Below are positions 27,488 through 41,373 of a stretch of 64,000 nucleotides of DNA, in pieces (the stretch's first letter is position 1; each line of letters opens with the position of its first letter). The position numbers and the translations under genes were made by a program. The stretch comes from Octopus vulgaris (Eukaryota): positions 31,682,001 to 31,746,000 of the forward strand of contig OX597822.1 in the NCBI GenBank assembly GCA_951406725.2, read 5' to 3'. Below the pieces are notes generated by a model. The model did not search any database. It was not told the origin of the DNA and was given only the letters and a program-made list of their open reading frames with translations.

Positions 27488-27488
<1 letters not shown>
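27366..27488 (+). pseudogene. 28S (LSU) rRNA fragment inserted in a (TATG)n/(CA)n tract
   Basis: gcagatctc-gtggtagtagcaaatattcgaacgagaccttcgaagaccaaagtggagaaaggttcc...ggtcctaag matches the conserved eukaryotic 28S stretch GCAGATCTTGGTGGTAGTAGCAAATATTCAAACGAG...GTGGAGAAGGGTTCC. Confidence 0.85.
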
Positions 27489-27521
<33 letters not shown>

Positions 27522-28043
27522 ATGTATGTATGTATGTATGTATGTATGTATGTATGTATGTATGTATGTATGTATGTATGTACGTATGTATGTACATTGG
27601 AGGCGAGTGCTAGGTGATGACATTCACCTCATTACCTGAATGGTAGTTCTTTTATTCAACCCGAGAAAAATGAAAGACGAAATCGACCTCGGGAAGATTT
27701 GAACTGAAATTTCAACTGAAGTATTTTGAGCTAACAATTTTCCTAGCTAACTGAATTTGAAGGCAATTGTTTGTTTTTTTGTTTTTTGTTTTTTTTTGTG
27801 GTATCATCCTCAACGTGAATTTGAAATTATGTATACACGTTCATGTCACTCAAGCAATCACTCACTCACGCGCCATCGGGTTCTATTCAACTAACAACTC
27901 CATTCTCCGTTTGACTTGTTTACACTGGGTAGATTCTTTTTAAAATTTTCAACGCACCAGTTTACAGCGCCGAGCCAGACGTGTGGCCTAGGTGGATATA
28001 TATGCGTGGGTGCGTGTGTGTGTGTGTGCACGTGCGATATGTA

Positions 28044-28268
28044 TATTTCTTTACTGCCCACAAGGGGCTAAACATAGAGGGGCCAAACAAGGACAGACAA
28101 AGAGATTAAGTCGATTACATCGACTCCAGTGCGAAACTGGTACTTTATTTATCGACCCCGAAAGGATGAAAGGCAAAGTCGACCTCGGCGGAATTTGAAC
28201 TCAGAACGTAACGACAGACGAAACACCGCTAAGCATTTCGCCCGGCGCGCTACCGTTTCTGCCAGCTC
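28044..28268 (-). mobile_element. SINE type B, young copy (tail 1)
   Basis: B-box gagttcaaattcc; central gcctttcatcctttcggggtcgataaataaagtaccag domain; tail gtttagccccttgtgggcagtaaagaaata. Confidence 0.9.
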
Positions 28269-28654
28269 CACATGTGTGTGTGTATCAGCTTTGTTCATTG
28301 TGGTAAGAAACGATATTTTTCAGAAATTAATGAAATGACATTTATGATGTTCTTTCCCTTTATATTTATCTGGTACATCTGCTGCATTTGTTTACTTAAA
28401 CGTTCTTTCGCTTTACCGCGTAATAATTCTTTTCATCAGACTAGACAAACATGTTTTCTTTTTTTCCTAAATGGCCTTCATCTTAACGTACATAGTATTG
28501 ACTGAAAAGAATTGTCCTTTCTTTGTTAAATGATTATATCCTATCTCTTCATTTAAATATTGCTCCTTTTTTAGGACAATGAACTACAAAAGACTGATTT
28601 TACAACAGTTGACATCGTCTCAACTTATTACTTGAGCGTCGAACGAAACGGCGA

Positions 28655-29078
28655 GATGGCGGAATATTTTGCATGCTTAACATCATGCATAGCGCTGTTT
28701 CGTTCGTAGTTTTACCTTCTGAAGTCAAATCCCGTCGGGGTCGACTTTGGTTCTCATACTTTCGGAATTCTTACAATGGGGTGAGCCGAGGGGTCAATGT
28801 AATCGACTAGCCTCCTCCACCAAAATTTCAGACTTTATACATAGAGCACAAGATATTTTCCTTAGAACGTTGAGCTGAAGTACGAGGTGCCAGGAACGTG
28901 ATCATGCCGGCAAACAATCATCGTAGCATTTCGTTTGTCTTTAGATTCTAAGTTAAAATTCCGCGGAATTTGACTTAGATTTTCATCCTCTCGGATTCGA
29001 TAAAATAAGTGAATTTGATGTAATTGATTTATTCATCCCCTCAAAAACTAGTGGCCCTGTCCCAAATTTTGAAACCAT
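28655..29078 (+). mobile_element. Two tandem old SINE type B copies
   Basis: Two degenerate head-domain-tail units (28655-28850, 28870-29078). Confidence 0.6.
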
Positions 29079-30431
29079 TATTATAGCGTTGAGCTTAAGC
29101 TGCAATCTGTCGGAATTGCTAGCAGGTCGGAGAGATGCTTAGAGTGTCCTAACAATGGCTGCTTGTTTCAGTTGATCTGGAAACAGCACCATCATCGCGA
29201 TAAACTGAATAATGTTTTTACTGTCTAGGATAGAGGATATTGGAGGAAAACAAGCTGAAATTGTGACGAAAACAACCACTCTTACTTCAACTTGCACTGC
29301 AATCATTGCGTATTAGAAACAAATATAACGTTCAGAGTTTGCGGCGCTCTCATCGTTACAGATTATCACTAACTTAGTATTACTGCATGATTGGATAATA
29401 ATTGCAATGGTGTGGAGAGAAGATATGTTGCTCTCGTTTATAGAGTGGCTTTAAACGTTCTAATATCTCCTGAAAAACACATAAGTATACTAGAACTGAA
29501 TGATCTGAGGTTGATGGAACAGGACAAAGACACCGAGTTTTTAATGTTGTGTTAGTATTTCATAATGTTTTGCTCTGAAGGGATGGATCAGTGAAGCTAC
29601 GAAGCTGACGGGGACTTCAGCTTTTAGTTATTTGCCAGTGAGGGTTTGGTGGAAGTCGATATAGGAACTGAGGAACTGGAACAATCTGAACGAGACGTGT
29701 TGAAATTTTTTCGAGTCATCCGACTAAAAGAACTTTATCAGGAACTGAAGGGCACTGAAGCATAGTTGTAGAATGGTGTAACCGAAGCCAATACTAAGTT
29801 TTCATCAATTGTTGGCTGAGAAACTTGCAGGAGTTTAAGAAGAGAGTGAATAACATAATATTCCTAGTTTCGGAAGGACCGTGAAAACTATGGAAAATAA
29901 CCCATTTTATAGAACTTACCAATATACTATGTGTATGTGTGTAAACAGACAGACACACGTACACACAAACATACATACAAACACACGCGCGGGCGCACAT
30001 ATATGTGCACGTCGTTTATGATTTTCTATTTCAATACGGGTGTGGTAAGTTTATAAATGTAGACATATACTTATGGCATTAAAGCAAATGCTATTAACAT
30101 CTGGCAGTAGATTCTAACGCCAACAACTATATTAAGCGACTTGTCTACTTGAATCATATATTTAGCCGGTATTACTTTAGCAGATCTAAAGTTCTATAAA
30201 TTACTTAAAATTTTAATGTAGCGCATCTTGGCAGCAATTTAAACCCTCATGCATTTATTCTGTGTTCTTATATTATTTACTTGCGCAGTTTACTTCTTCT
30301 TACCAATATATTTCCAGGCTCTTGTTCATAACATGTTCCACTGCAACAATTATTCCGGAAATAGATGCTCGTTTTATACATGTATGTACGTACATATGCG
30401 TATATAGTTGTGTATGCATATAATATCTATA

Positions 30432-30503
<72 letters not shown>

Positions 30504-30504
30504 A

Positions 30505-30840
30505 AATGGAACAAGAACGCAAAACATTCGAATAGACGATACAAAAACCCGGACAGGTCATTCGAAGCCTCTAATCTTCAGTCAAGAACCGGATCATTCC
30601 TGCAATTTCGGCTGATTAATCTTGAGATTGCTCCAATCTGGCCAGCTTCAAGGAAAAACTAAGCTACGAGCATTAGATTTCTTGGAAAAAGGATCAAATG
30701 TATACGAAACAAGGACAGAAAAACGGACGGTTTTACACGAATATAAATACAAAAAAAAAATAATAATAATACGAATATAAATACAAAAAAACAATAATAA
30801 TAATAATAATAATAACAGGACATAACAACAGGCGTCTTGT
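30505..30840 (-). repeat. Non-coding insert between microsatellites with a weak hammerhead-like core; possible Penelope-like terminal fragment
   Basis: Minus strand gaCTGAAGAttagaggcttcGAAtgacctgtc (30552-30583); internal ~34-bp duplication at 30737-30810. Confidence 0.3.
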
Positions 30841-31133
30841 GTATATATATAAGTATGTATGTATGTACGTATGTATTTATGTATGTATGCTCATGTTAAT
30901 GTCTCAATATTGCCAATATCACGCGCTGGCCGAATCAAGGCGCTTGTCGAAGAATTATAAATCGATTATAATTAATAACTTTGATAGTTGCTAACACTGA
31001 TGGTTAGAAATTTGTTGTCTCTCCCTAACTAAAAGACAAATATCAGTGCATTACCATCTTTCTGATTTAGCTGTAAAACTGAATAATTGAAATCTTACCA
31101 GCAAGTGTCGTGTCGTTACCTAAGTCAAGGAGT

Positions 31134-31516
31134 GGAAGCACTCCGTCGGTTACGACGATGAGGGTTCCGGTTGATCCGATCAACGGAACAGCCTGCGCGT
31201 GAAATTAACGTGTAAGTGGCTGAGCACTCCACAGACATGTGTACCCTTAACGTAGTTCTCGGAGATATTCAGCGTGACACAGAGAGTGACAAGGCCGGCC
31301 CTTTGAAATACTGGTACAACAGAAACAGGAAGTAAGAGTGAGAGAAAGTTGTGGTGAAAGAGTACAGCAGGGATCACCACCATCCCTGCCGGAGCCTCGT
31401 AGAACTTTTAGGTGTTTTCGCTCAATAAACACTCACAACGCCCGGTCTGGGAATCGAAACCGCGATCCCACGACCGCGAGTCCGCTGCCCTAACCACTGG
31501 GCCATTGCGCCTCCAC
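31134..31516 (-). mobile_element. SINE type D, full length, with 17-bp TSD
   Basis: tRNA-like head ggaggcgcaatggcccagtggttagg...ggtttcgattccc; TSD tacctaagtcaaggagt at 31117-31133 and 31517-31533. Confidence 0.92.
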
Positions 31517-32452
31517 TACCTAAGTCAAGGAGTAAAATTGTGTCAAAGTTCAATACATGTATACATATATATGTATATACATAAAACAGCAAGCGGCATT
31601 CGCTTGAGATTAATGCTTGGTAACATGTACCGCGAGTTTACTAACTGTTTTAACTATCTCTACACTGACGAGCACACGCACACACGCTTACTCATGACCC
31701 TCTCATACTTTATCAAGAGAAACGTCCAAGATTTATTTGACAGATTGAGATCTGACAGGATGATAGGCAATGAAATCCCTGGCGATTTTGCACTCAGATT
31801 TCAGATACGGGTGGAGGTATCGTTATGTACTGTATTAGTCTCTCCACTCAGTCTCCTTCCCAGTGCTATATGAAGGATGTAACAATGGTGGGGAAAGAGA
31901 GACGTCGTGGTGGGTCCCTACCACAAAGAGTTTTGGTACCTGTTCATTGCAGCTGTGTAGGCTAAATCCAGAAGAAATGTAGTATTTTACTCGAAGGCTC
32001 GCTAGGTTTCTCGGCAAGGAATTGAAGCCGAAATATTATCTCCGTAATTCGAACATCTTAAACGTTTGACTACACCCCTTAATTTCAGGATAAATAAAAG
32101 AAATTTAAATCAATATACTTTATACATCATAGCAGATATTTATTTACTTATTGAAACCTACGCAAATATTTCATTCTTTAACTATAGATTTAACAATTGA
32201 AATTTAAATCATGTTGATAAAATTACTTTACAGTCTTCACGGCAGAGTAATTCAATAACTTGCTACAAAAATTCATCATAGCAAAAATTACAGTTATGAG
32301 AAATTTAATATCCTAAATAAAATTCTCTTTATATTTTCAAGGCAGTCCAAATTTTAAAATAATTGTGATGTCTTCACAATAAGATGCTTGACATAAAAGC
32401 TGATCGTTATATATATATACATAAAATATATTGGTAAAATCCCAAATTTGTA

Positions 32453-32498
<46 letters not shown>

Positions 32499-32599
32499 GA
32501 ATGGATACACGGGGTGGGTGTCTGTGTGTATATATGTATGTTTCAGTATGAATACATACATATACACATGTTTACACGCACTGCCTTATATATATGTAT

Positions 32600-32760
32600 A
32601 TAGGGAGAGAATTCACAAAAGTAAAACAAAAGACGAAGACAGGTGGTGTAGACAACAAACAGATGTATTAGTTTAACGCTCGGGAAGTGAAAAAAGTATT
32701 TAACGTTTCAAGCCAATGCTCTTCCACATAAAGGAACACAGAAAGAAACAAAGAGAGAGA
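32600..32760 (-). repeat. Penelope-terminal-repeat-like fragment related to 24918-25023 and 25597-25705
   Basis: Minus strand gaagagcattggcttgaaacgttaaatac...gagcgttaaactaata...ttcgtctt. Confidence 0.45.
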
Positions 32761-32928
32761 AAGAACAAAAATTTAAGAAAAGTTCAAAAGGTTCAAAAGC
32801 CTCGAATGTCGTGGTGTATTGGAGCGATTTATTATCAACAGAGCAGTCCAGTGTAATCCATGGGCAGGAGGAGTGCAGCTGAAGTGTACGAGAGAGTATA
32901 ATATATATATATATATATATATATATTA

Positions 32929-32967
<39 letters not shown>

Positions 32968-32980
32968 ATATATATATATA

Positions 32981-33052
<72 letters not shown>

Positions 33053-34351
33053 ACCCTGCCGTTCATCTCTCAATTCTCCACCTCCCCTACCACCTCCATG
33101 GATACACTCATTATTATTCCTCTCCCTCTTCTTGAACTAGCTCTCTTATCTCCTCTCACCATTCCCTGTCTTAAAACTCCACATAACCCCACCCACCCAC
33201 GGCTAGCTCTCCACATTTAATGAATCCATCTTCGTTGCATTAAGATCTGAATTGTAAGATCTTTTCTACACTTATGACGAGGTATCGTCTTATCTCATGT
33301 TGTTTGCTTCTAGTACGGCCTCATATTGAGATAAACTACAGCTGCCGACACTTTTAGGGATTTTCGAGTCTCCAGAAACAGCTATTGGACTTATAACACT
33401 TTACATCTTCCTCTTTAATTTTCTCTGTCATTCGTACTCTGTGTAAGAGTGATCTATTATATAAATATCTATATATTTATACTTAAATATCCATTGTCTG
33501 AAAGTCTCCCCTTTTTGTTTTCCCTTATTTTGCATGTATACATACATATTTTGCATTTCAAATCCAAACTATCATATTTAATATACCTAATTTGTTTATC
33601 CACATTAGTGCCCCTCTCTCTCCCTCTCTCTCCCTCTCTCCCCCTCTCCACACACACACACACACGCACAAATATATATATATATATATACATTTAATGT
33701 GTGTGTGCGCCCGCCTGTTTTTTAATTCCTGACTTCATCAAAGAGGTCCATCATCATTTCGCATACCGTTTGCACAGCTGGTCCTTCCTTTCCTATGCTG
33801 TTAACTTAATCTTAAAAAAATATCATCCTCCTGTCCATTTACATTGGTTCATATTGGACTGACTTTGTCAATCACTTCGTTAATGGTGATGCTGTATACA
33901 CACTGCCATAACACCAGACAATGATCAGTATAATGATTATTTTGTCTGGCTTTCTCTCCCAAGTTTACTCTGTAATAATATAATATGTGATTAACAATGT
34001 AATGACAAACGTCTATAAATGAATAACAACTATTTGGTATAACAAAAACTAATTCCACTGTTTACTAGTTTATTGTTAAGCAGTGTAGTACAGTATAATT
34101 GGACAAAATTGTGTTTAGAAAATATTTGCCAAGTTGTAAATTATTGACATTTCAAACCTAACTGAAGTTTGATTTGATGAACTTTAAATAAATTCGTCTA
34201 TATAACAGCCTTTGACATAATTCTCTATTTAAATATTATTCTTAACCATAAATAGCGTAAGAATTTTCAAAATTTGAAACTTGAAGTTGATTAATAATTA
34301 AGAGTGTAGAGTCTGTAATTACTAACTACTTACAACGTATGTCCTATGCTT

Positions 34352-34401
34352 TAATGAGTAATTATAAGCTAATTATTAATGAGTAATTATAAGCTAATTA
34401 T
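34352..34401. repeat. Perfect 25-bp tandem duplication
   Basis: (taatgagtaattataagctaattat)x2. Confidence 0.9.
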
Positions 34402-35174
34402 ATGCTAATATATTTTTCAGTCTCTACTGTCTTTAGTTCTATTTCCGTTTGTTAAAATAAGCAAGAAGCATATTCTCTAAGGTAGAGAAATACTGACATC
34501 TGTAGGTGACGAATCTCTATGGAGAAAATGACCTCTTAATGAGACATTGCAGGGCAATTTAGTCTGAACTAGACCTTCGTTAAGATGAAAGTTCTGAAAA
34601 ATTTATTCTTGCTTCTGATGTAAAAATTTTCAAATATGATTTCGTTTAATTTCTTATAATAATTTCATAAGTCCGTGCTTAAGATGAAATTTCAAAAGAA
34701 AAATAAAAAATAAATTCTTTGTAGCATCTGTTGCAAAAGATTTTAAAGAAACTTTAATGATATTTTTAATGCTTTATGGAATTTAACTTTCTGTCAAGAG
34801 AAAAGAAAATTTTTAATAACGATATACTATAATATTAATGTAGATATTCGCTGAGGCATGGTATGTTATCCAAGATTACAAAGACTGGTAAATGCCGACC
34901 TAGGTTTTAGAATTCAGGTTGACGACTAAATGTACTATAATGTAACCGGCAGCGAGACACTTTGTAGAAGTCTAATAGGCTTACGTCATAGTAGTTTCTG
35001 TGAAATTAGTAGTGTTGTGAATGCGAAGAATATTACAGAGTAGCAGTATACTGCTACTATTCGACAATAAAGTGACTGTCATTAAAAGCAGACAGCAGAG
35101 AAATTTCAGACCGACGAAGAGGTTGAATGACTCTCAAAGGTAATATTTTTACTTTGATACCATAAATACTTAAA

Positions 35175-35565
35175 GGCGGCGAGCTGGCAGACACGTTAGC
35201 ACGCCGGGCGAAATGCGTAGCCGTATTTCGTCAGCCGTTACGTTCTGAGTTCAAATTCCGCCGAGGTTGACTTTGCCTCTCGGGGTCGATAAATTAAGTA
35301 CCAGTTACGCACTGGGGTCGGTATAATCGACTTAATCCGTTTGTCTGTCCTTGTTTGCCCTCTCTGTGTTTAGCCCCTTGTAGGTAGTAAAGAAATTGGT
35401 ATTTCGTCTTTCTTTATATTTTGAGTTCAAATTCTACCGAGGTCGACTTTGCCTTTCATCCTTTCGGTGTCGATAAATTAAGTACCACTTGCGTACTGGG
35501 GTTGATCTAATCGACTGGCCCCTTCCCACCAAATTTTGGGCCTTGTGGCTAGAGTAGAAGAGAAT
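35175..35565 (+). mobile_element. SINE type B dimer (tail-1 unit 35175-35397 followed by a headless unit with a different tail)
   Basis: Two B-boxes and two central domains; junction agaaatt|ggtatttcg. Confidence 0.88.
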
Positions 35566-36892
35566 ATCAAAATACCTAGTTGTTTATTTAAAGAAAATGG
35601 TAATGGCTCTAATGACACTCGTGGCAGGGGAAAGAATAGTTTGAGTGACTTAATCATGAGCGAGGCACAGGAAGCAAATAAGTTTTAAAGGATTGTATGA
35701 TATGGCATTTATGGTCGATAGTATGCTTCAAACAACAGACTTTTGCAGTACACACATTGAAGCAATCTCTGCTTCCTGTGAAGTTTGTTAATCACAGATC
35801 TATCCTATTTTCAAAGCCAGCTAGACATGACAACGCGATCACAGATAAAAACACACGAGTGAATCATCAACGTAAGTATTTTGTAGAGCCATACTAGCAC
35901 CTCGTACGATTCTTTTAATTCCTTATACTTTTATAACTGTCTTTGATGTACCCACTCTGGTTTTACTAATGCCTTTACATCCGTATCAGAAATAACTCGA
36001 CTATGAGATATTTTCGTAGAAGACAAGCCAGGCTATGTATATATGTGTATGTGCGAGTGTACAAGTGTATGTTTGTAAGTGTATGTGCAGGTATGTATGT
36101 GTGCGTGTGCGTGCGTGTGTGTGCGTGTATGTGCGTATTACATATATGTGCGTTGCAATTACAGAACCTGTGTGATTTTCTCAGTAAAGTAACTAAACTC
36201 TTGCTTGGCATCGGTCTACATACAATATTTTAAAAACCTGTCTATCAAAAATTTATTTTGTAATCATACCTTAAATTTACAGCGAAATTATGCAATCTTT
36301 ATCTCGTTATTTCGTTATAAAGCTTTATTAAATCCTTCTCACTCTTAAAGATGTATGAGTATTCGAATGTCTTTTGTAGACATCTTAATCTGTCTAGAAA
36401 TATATCTTAGTATTTATGCAATTCTTAACTATACTTTATGGCAGGTTGCAGAATTTTTCATTTAGCTTTTGTGAATTTTTTCTGTCTATCACATCGTTTA
36501 TCAACCTAACTAGCTTTCTCTTCACACGAGAACTTTTTCCAATGTTTCTCATATTTTCTCTCTATTTCTTCATGTTTATGTTTCATATTTTTGGAAAATG
36601 TACGGCGTTGTCAACATCAACTAAACTCTCACAGTATCACAGGTTCCGTGTTGTGTGAAGCGTCAAATTCTCACTGTCCAATGGTCTGTCCTGCTACTTT
36701 TTGTGGTTGTAACTTGATTTAAACCCCAATTAATTTTTATTCGCTGTCTTATTTTCATGAAATCATAAATAGTGAGTCATACGTATTACTAAACATTTGT
36801 TAAGCAAGTCGTACTGTTTGCACCAGCAGTTCGAAACGTTGTTTATATGCCGAGACTAATTTTTACGAATGAGAATTTACAGGTAATGAGGA

Positions 36893-37103
36893 GCTGAGCT
36901 GGCAAAATCGTTAGCACACCGGCAAAATGCTTAGCGGCATTTCGCTCGTCTTTATGTTCTTAGTTAAAATTTTACTGTGATCGACTTCGCCTTTCATCTT
37001 CTAAGGGGTTGGTAAAATAACAACCAGTTGAACACTAGCGTCAATATAATCGACTTACCACTTGCCCCGAAATTGCTGGCCTTGTGCCAAAATTTGAAAC
37101 CAA
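36893..37103 (+). mobile_element. SINE type B (tail 2)
   Basis: gagctggcaaaatcgttagcacaccgg head; aaattgctggccttgtgccaaaatttgaaaccaat tail. Confidence 0.8.
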
Positions 37104-38318
37104 TATCTACAGGTGATTTCTTTTCTGTAGTTTTTCTAACATATTTCAGTAAGACGTACTTAATATTTGACGGTTCTTGTGTGGAGGCGGGCGGATGGCG
37201 GCTGGCGAGATATTTCTCAGTTTTTGTATACAGTCAATTATGTGTTCTACCCCTTGATGGCAATATTGCATTGTAAAACATGTATGGATGTATTTGATGC
37301 CAAATGTTTTGTCGCACCAACTGCGAACTGGTTTACGTTCTATTTGGGGTCTACAGATCAACGTAAACGATTTGTTCTTAGAGAAAGTTTCAGAATTATA
37401 CAGATCTTTTCACTTTGACCGGCATATTTTTTAAATAATTTCTTTGGAACTAAACACTTTTAAACTTCGTATACTGGTAGAATGCGTTACATAAAACATC
37501 TTTTTCTTTTGGCTTTCTTGAGAAAATTCTGTAGTTTGTAAGCTATTTGTTGTTAAATTTCTTGCATTTCGGAAATTTCAACCAATCAATGACGTCTATT
37601 GAGGTGAATACAATTTCTGCGGTTGTTTGTCAATGCGGTGTCTATTCTACAATTATACTGTGATCCAATTTGGTTCAAACCTTCTATGCTGAAAACTACT
37701 GCTTTGTACCCATATACAATATACACTACACATATACGCTACACAAAATAGCAAGCTAATAGCAACTATTTTACATCCTTGGCACTACTTCAGAACAGTC
37801 ATTTAACACTCTGACAACTACCTACTTATTGGATGAATAAATTATTACGAATTGAAATATTTAATGATGCACACAATAGAGTTGTTATTGTCGTTTCGCG
37901 TTACGTCTAACTTCTCTAAACCGACTCTGTAAAATGTTAATAAAAAATGCCCTCAAATTTTGACTATCAGATCGCATGTATTCAGGGCAACATTAATTGA
38001 AATGTCTTTGATCGTATAAAGTGGTAAGGTGTGAAACAAAAGAGATTAAGCTGCTATTTACAGCAAGTCAAGACATTGTGTAGAGGGCGTAGTTCCTATG
38101 TTGTACACTTGGCTACAAGTTCTACGTTTCATTCTCAACCATAGTCAATTTACCTTTCGGCATTCCAGGAGTTGATTGAAATTAATGGCGGTCGAAAACT
38201 ACGACTAACATAATTGTCTCTTTCCTCTCACCCCTTTCTCTACTAATATGTGTCTGTGTGAGAATTTATTACCAAAACTTATGCAGTCTTGCTTTTATAG
38301 GCGCAGACATGGCAGTGT

Positions 38319-38516
38319 GCTGCCTCAAGAAGCTCGTTTTCCAGCCAAGCTGTTCCGGGTTCAGTTCTACTGTGTGATACATTGGGCAAGTCTTTTCTTC
38401 TATAGACCCTATATTTTTTTTAGATATGTGTTTGTGTATGTCCTCCATCATTGCTTGGCAACCTGTGTTGGTTTGCTTATGTCCACTTAGTATTTCAGCA
38501 AGAGATATGGATAAAT
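38319..38516 (+). mobile_element. SINE type A, old degenerate copy
   Basis: ttccgggttcagttct...ttgggcaagtcttttcttctatag. Confidence 0.6.
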
Positions 38517-38532
38517 ACTAATAAGAAATGGA

Positions 38533-38751
38533 AAGGCGGCGAGCTGGCAGAAACGTTAGCACGCAGGGCGAAATGCGTAGCCGTATTTCGTCTGCCATTA
38601 CGTTCTGAGTTCAAATTCCGCCGAGATCGACTTGGTCTTTCATCTTTTCGGGGTCGATAAATAAAGTACCAGTTTCGCACTGGGGTCGATGTAATCGACT
38701 TTATCCCATTGTCTGTCCTTGTTTGTTCCCTCTGTGGGTAGTAAAGAAATA
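38533..38751 (+). mobile_element. SINE type B with 16-bp TSD
   Basis: TSD actaataagaaatgga at 38517-38532 and 38752-38767. Confidence 0.92.
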
Positions 38752-39746
38752 ACTAATAAGAAATGGAGAAAATAAAGGAAGTTTGTTTCCGGAAACCGAA
38801 TCCGAACTTGTGCTATTACTGAATAAACACCGCTAAAAGTAGAAATGACGCCCAGTAAGCAGATGGAGGTGGTTGAGCTGAGCAACGAAGTAGGACTTAT
38901 GCTTTAAATGCAAGGCTTCATATCAAAATTATCCTCTCGTCTTTAAAGACAGTCGTATTGGGCACGTTGAGCTTAACTGATATTTCTAATAGGACATGTA
39001 ACCGCGTTGAGTCATCTGCGTTAACTTGGACTAAACCAAGTTGTTCTGTTCATCCGGCCGAAAGATGAAATGTGGTTATTGTCTCCAGGGACAAGAAATA
39101 GGTTGTAATGTTTAATGGACTAGAAATCGTTGTTTGAAATAGTAGTGTTCAGCCGTAGTAACATTAAGAGTAGACAAAGGAAGATATGAAATGAAATTTC
39201 CCAATCCAATCATAAAACAGCTACGATTGATAAAAGACACAAATATATGGATGCGTGAAGAAGATTCAATTATATTTTTCTTTTCATAGATTTTACTAAT
39301 ATTTACATATTTTTCTCCGTCTTTCAGTCAAATACAACGACCTCTTCCTTTCTTCCTCTCTTCCCTTCTCGCTGTTTCTTTGTCTCTGTTTCGCTTTCAC
39401 TACATCAATATAAATTTTTCAGCCATATGATGGGGATGAAACGGAAGGGGATTACTGAATGCTTTTCCTTTGATCATCATAGCAACATAATATCTCTATA
39501 ATAAAAGTTTGAAAATTTGAATTGTTATTCCGTATATAGTTAGCATATGTACATATATACATTTCTGAAAGGTTGTTGTTTTGTATACGGAAGATTATGC
39601 ATTGTGTGTCGTATGGGTTGGGGTGAACTGATGGTGAAATACAATGACTAAAGAGAGGAACCGCTACAAGCACTGTGCGTGGCTTTGCACACACACACAC
39701 ACACACACACGCGCATAAACACACATTTACACACATACATACACAC

Positions 39747-39804
<58 letters not shown>

Positions 39805-40124
39805 GGGTACCATCATAGATATACATACACACACCACACATAGAACAACACATATGTGTATGTACCTGTCTTTATTTCATACATACAAGTATGTGCGTTT
39901 TTAGGAACAATAACACACATACGTGCATACCACACGCATTTGTGTATATATTCTATGATTATATTGGAAACTGATTCTATTTAAGACATGTATGAAAGAA
40001 ACACGACTATGTTCGAGTTTGATCTTTTTTCTAATAAGGATTTCTCATAATTCTATATTATCTATGTTCATTTTGGAATTTTAACGTTCCGGAAAACATT
40101 AGACAATAAAGATTTAACTTTTTT

Positions 40125-40265
40125 TTCTTTTTATTTGTTCCAGTTATTTGACTGCGGCCATGCTGGAACACTGCCTTTAGTCGAGCAAATCCACCTCAGG
40201 ACTTATTCTTTCTAAGCTTAATACTTATTCTATCAGTCACTTTTTGCCGAACCGCTAAGTTACGA
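40125..40265 (-). mobile_element. SINE type A 3' part
   Basis: tttgactgcggccatgctggaacactgcc...gccgaaccgctaagttacg. Confidence 0.8.
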
Positions 40266-40268
40266 GCT

Positions 40269-40304
<36 letters not shown>

Positions 40305-40340
40305 ACAACAACACTAATAATAATAATAATAATAATAATC

Positions 40341-40650
40341 AAAACTTTGAAGTAGTGGTAACTCGAATGTGGAGTTCAACAATAGAAACAATCTCTATCA
40401 TTGTAGGCGCATTAGGTATGAGAAAAAAATATTCAGACGAATACATAACAAAAACACAGGGACTAACAAGTACATACAACATACAGAAAATAGCACAACT
40501 ATGCAACGCACACATCCTAGGTAAAACACTTTCAATACAGTAAAAATAAGAGCATCAAAACAAACCACAGCGCACACACACGGCGCACAGAGCTGCGTTC
40601 GGTAGTGCAGTGAAAGCACGTGATAAAAATATGACTACTGAATAATAATA
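40341..40650 (+). mobile_element. 3' end of a restriction-like-endonuclease non-LTR retrotransposon (R4/Dong-like) inserted in (TAA)n
   Basis: RMW....ETISIIVGALG....IQKIAQL..AHILGKTLSI C-terminal motif and 3' UTR, with (TAA)n upstream and aataataataa downstream. Confidence 0.75.
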
Positions 40651-41169
40651 AGGATAAACCTATTTCCCAACGCATCAACGTCTCTGCAAATCAAGTAATA
40701 CCTGAGTAATTATTTCAATTTTTACGGAATGCACTATATGATAATCAACATTTATTTATTTAATAGAATATCTTCAGTTGAGGAGATATTAAAAGGTCAA
40801 AGTATAAACATTTTGAGGCTTACATTGGAGTTGTTATAGAAAATTCCTAAACAGAAAAACAGTAATATAACAGAAAATATAATTAAACATTCCATTACCT
40901 GGACAGCCAGCTAAGTCTATTTAATGAATACTGTCGATCCAGGATTTTCCTTAATAATGAGTACAAGTATCCCTCTTATAATGGAATATTCCGGCACATA
41001 CTAAATACCAGTAGCTATCACTGGCCCTTCAGTAATATCCGAGGAGCGAGCGGCTAATTCTCTACCCACACTTTCTTCTGTATCAAGAATTTCAATAAAT
41101 AACGATAAACTGTGTGAAAATTAAATTGTCAAGAATAATATTCTTTTCTAATATACAAAAGAATATTAA

Positions 41170-41373
41170 TCTAAGCACAAAGCCAGAAATTTTGGGGAAG
41201 GGTGCCAGTCGATTAGATCAACCTCAGTACGCAATTGGTACTTAATTTATCGACCCAGAAAGGATGAAAAGCAAAGTCAACTTCGGCTGAATTCGAACTC
41301 AGAACGTAAAGACTGACAAAACAACGCTCAGCATTTCGCTCTGTTTGCTAACATTTCTGCCAGCTTGCCGCCT
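41170..41373 (-). mobile_element. SINE type B
   Basis: ggtacttaatttatcgacccagaaaggatgaaaagcaaagtc...ttctgccagcttgccgcc. Confidence 0.82.

Noticed and set aside
31430-31516. tRNA-like sequences at SINE heads (also 48419, 55517)
   Set aside because: A and B boxes are present but run into SINE bodies with TSDs; not standalone tRNA genes
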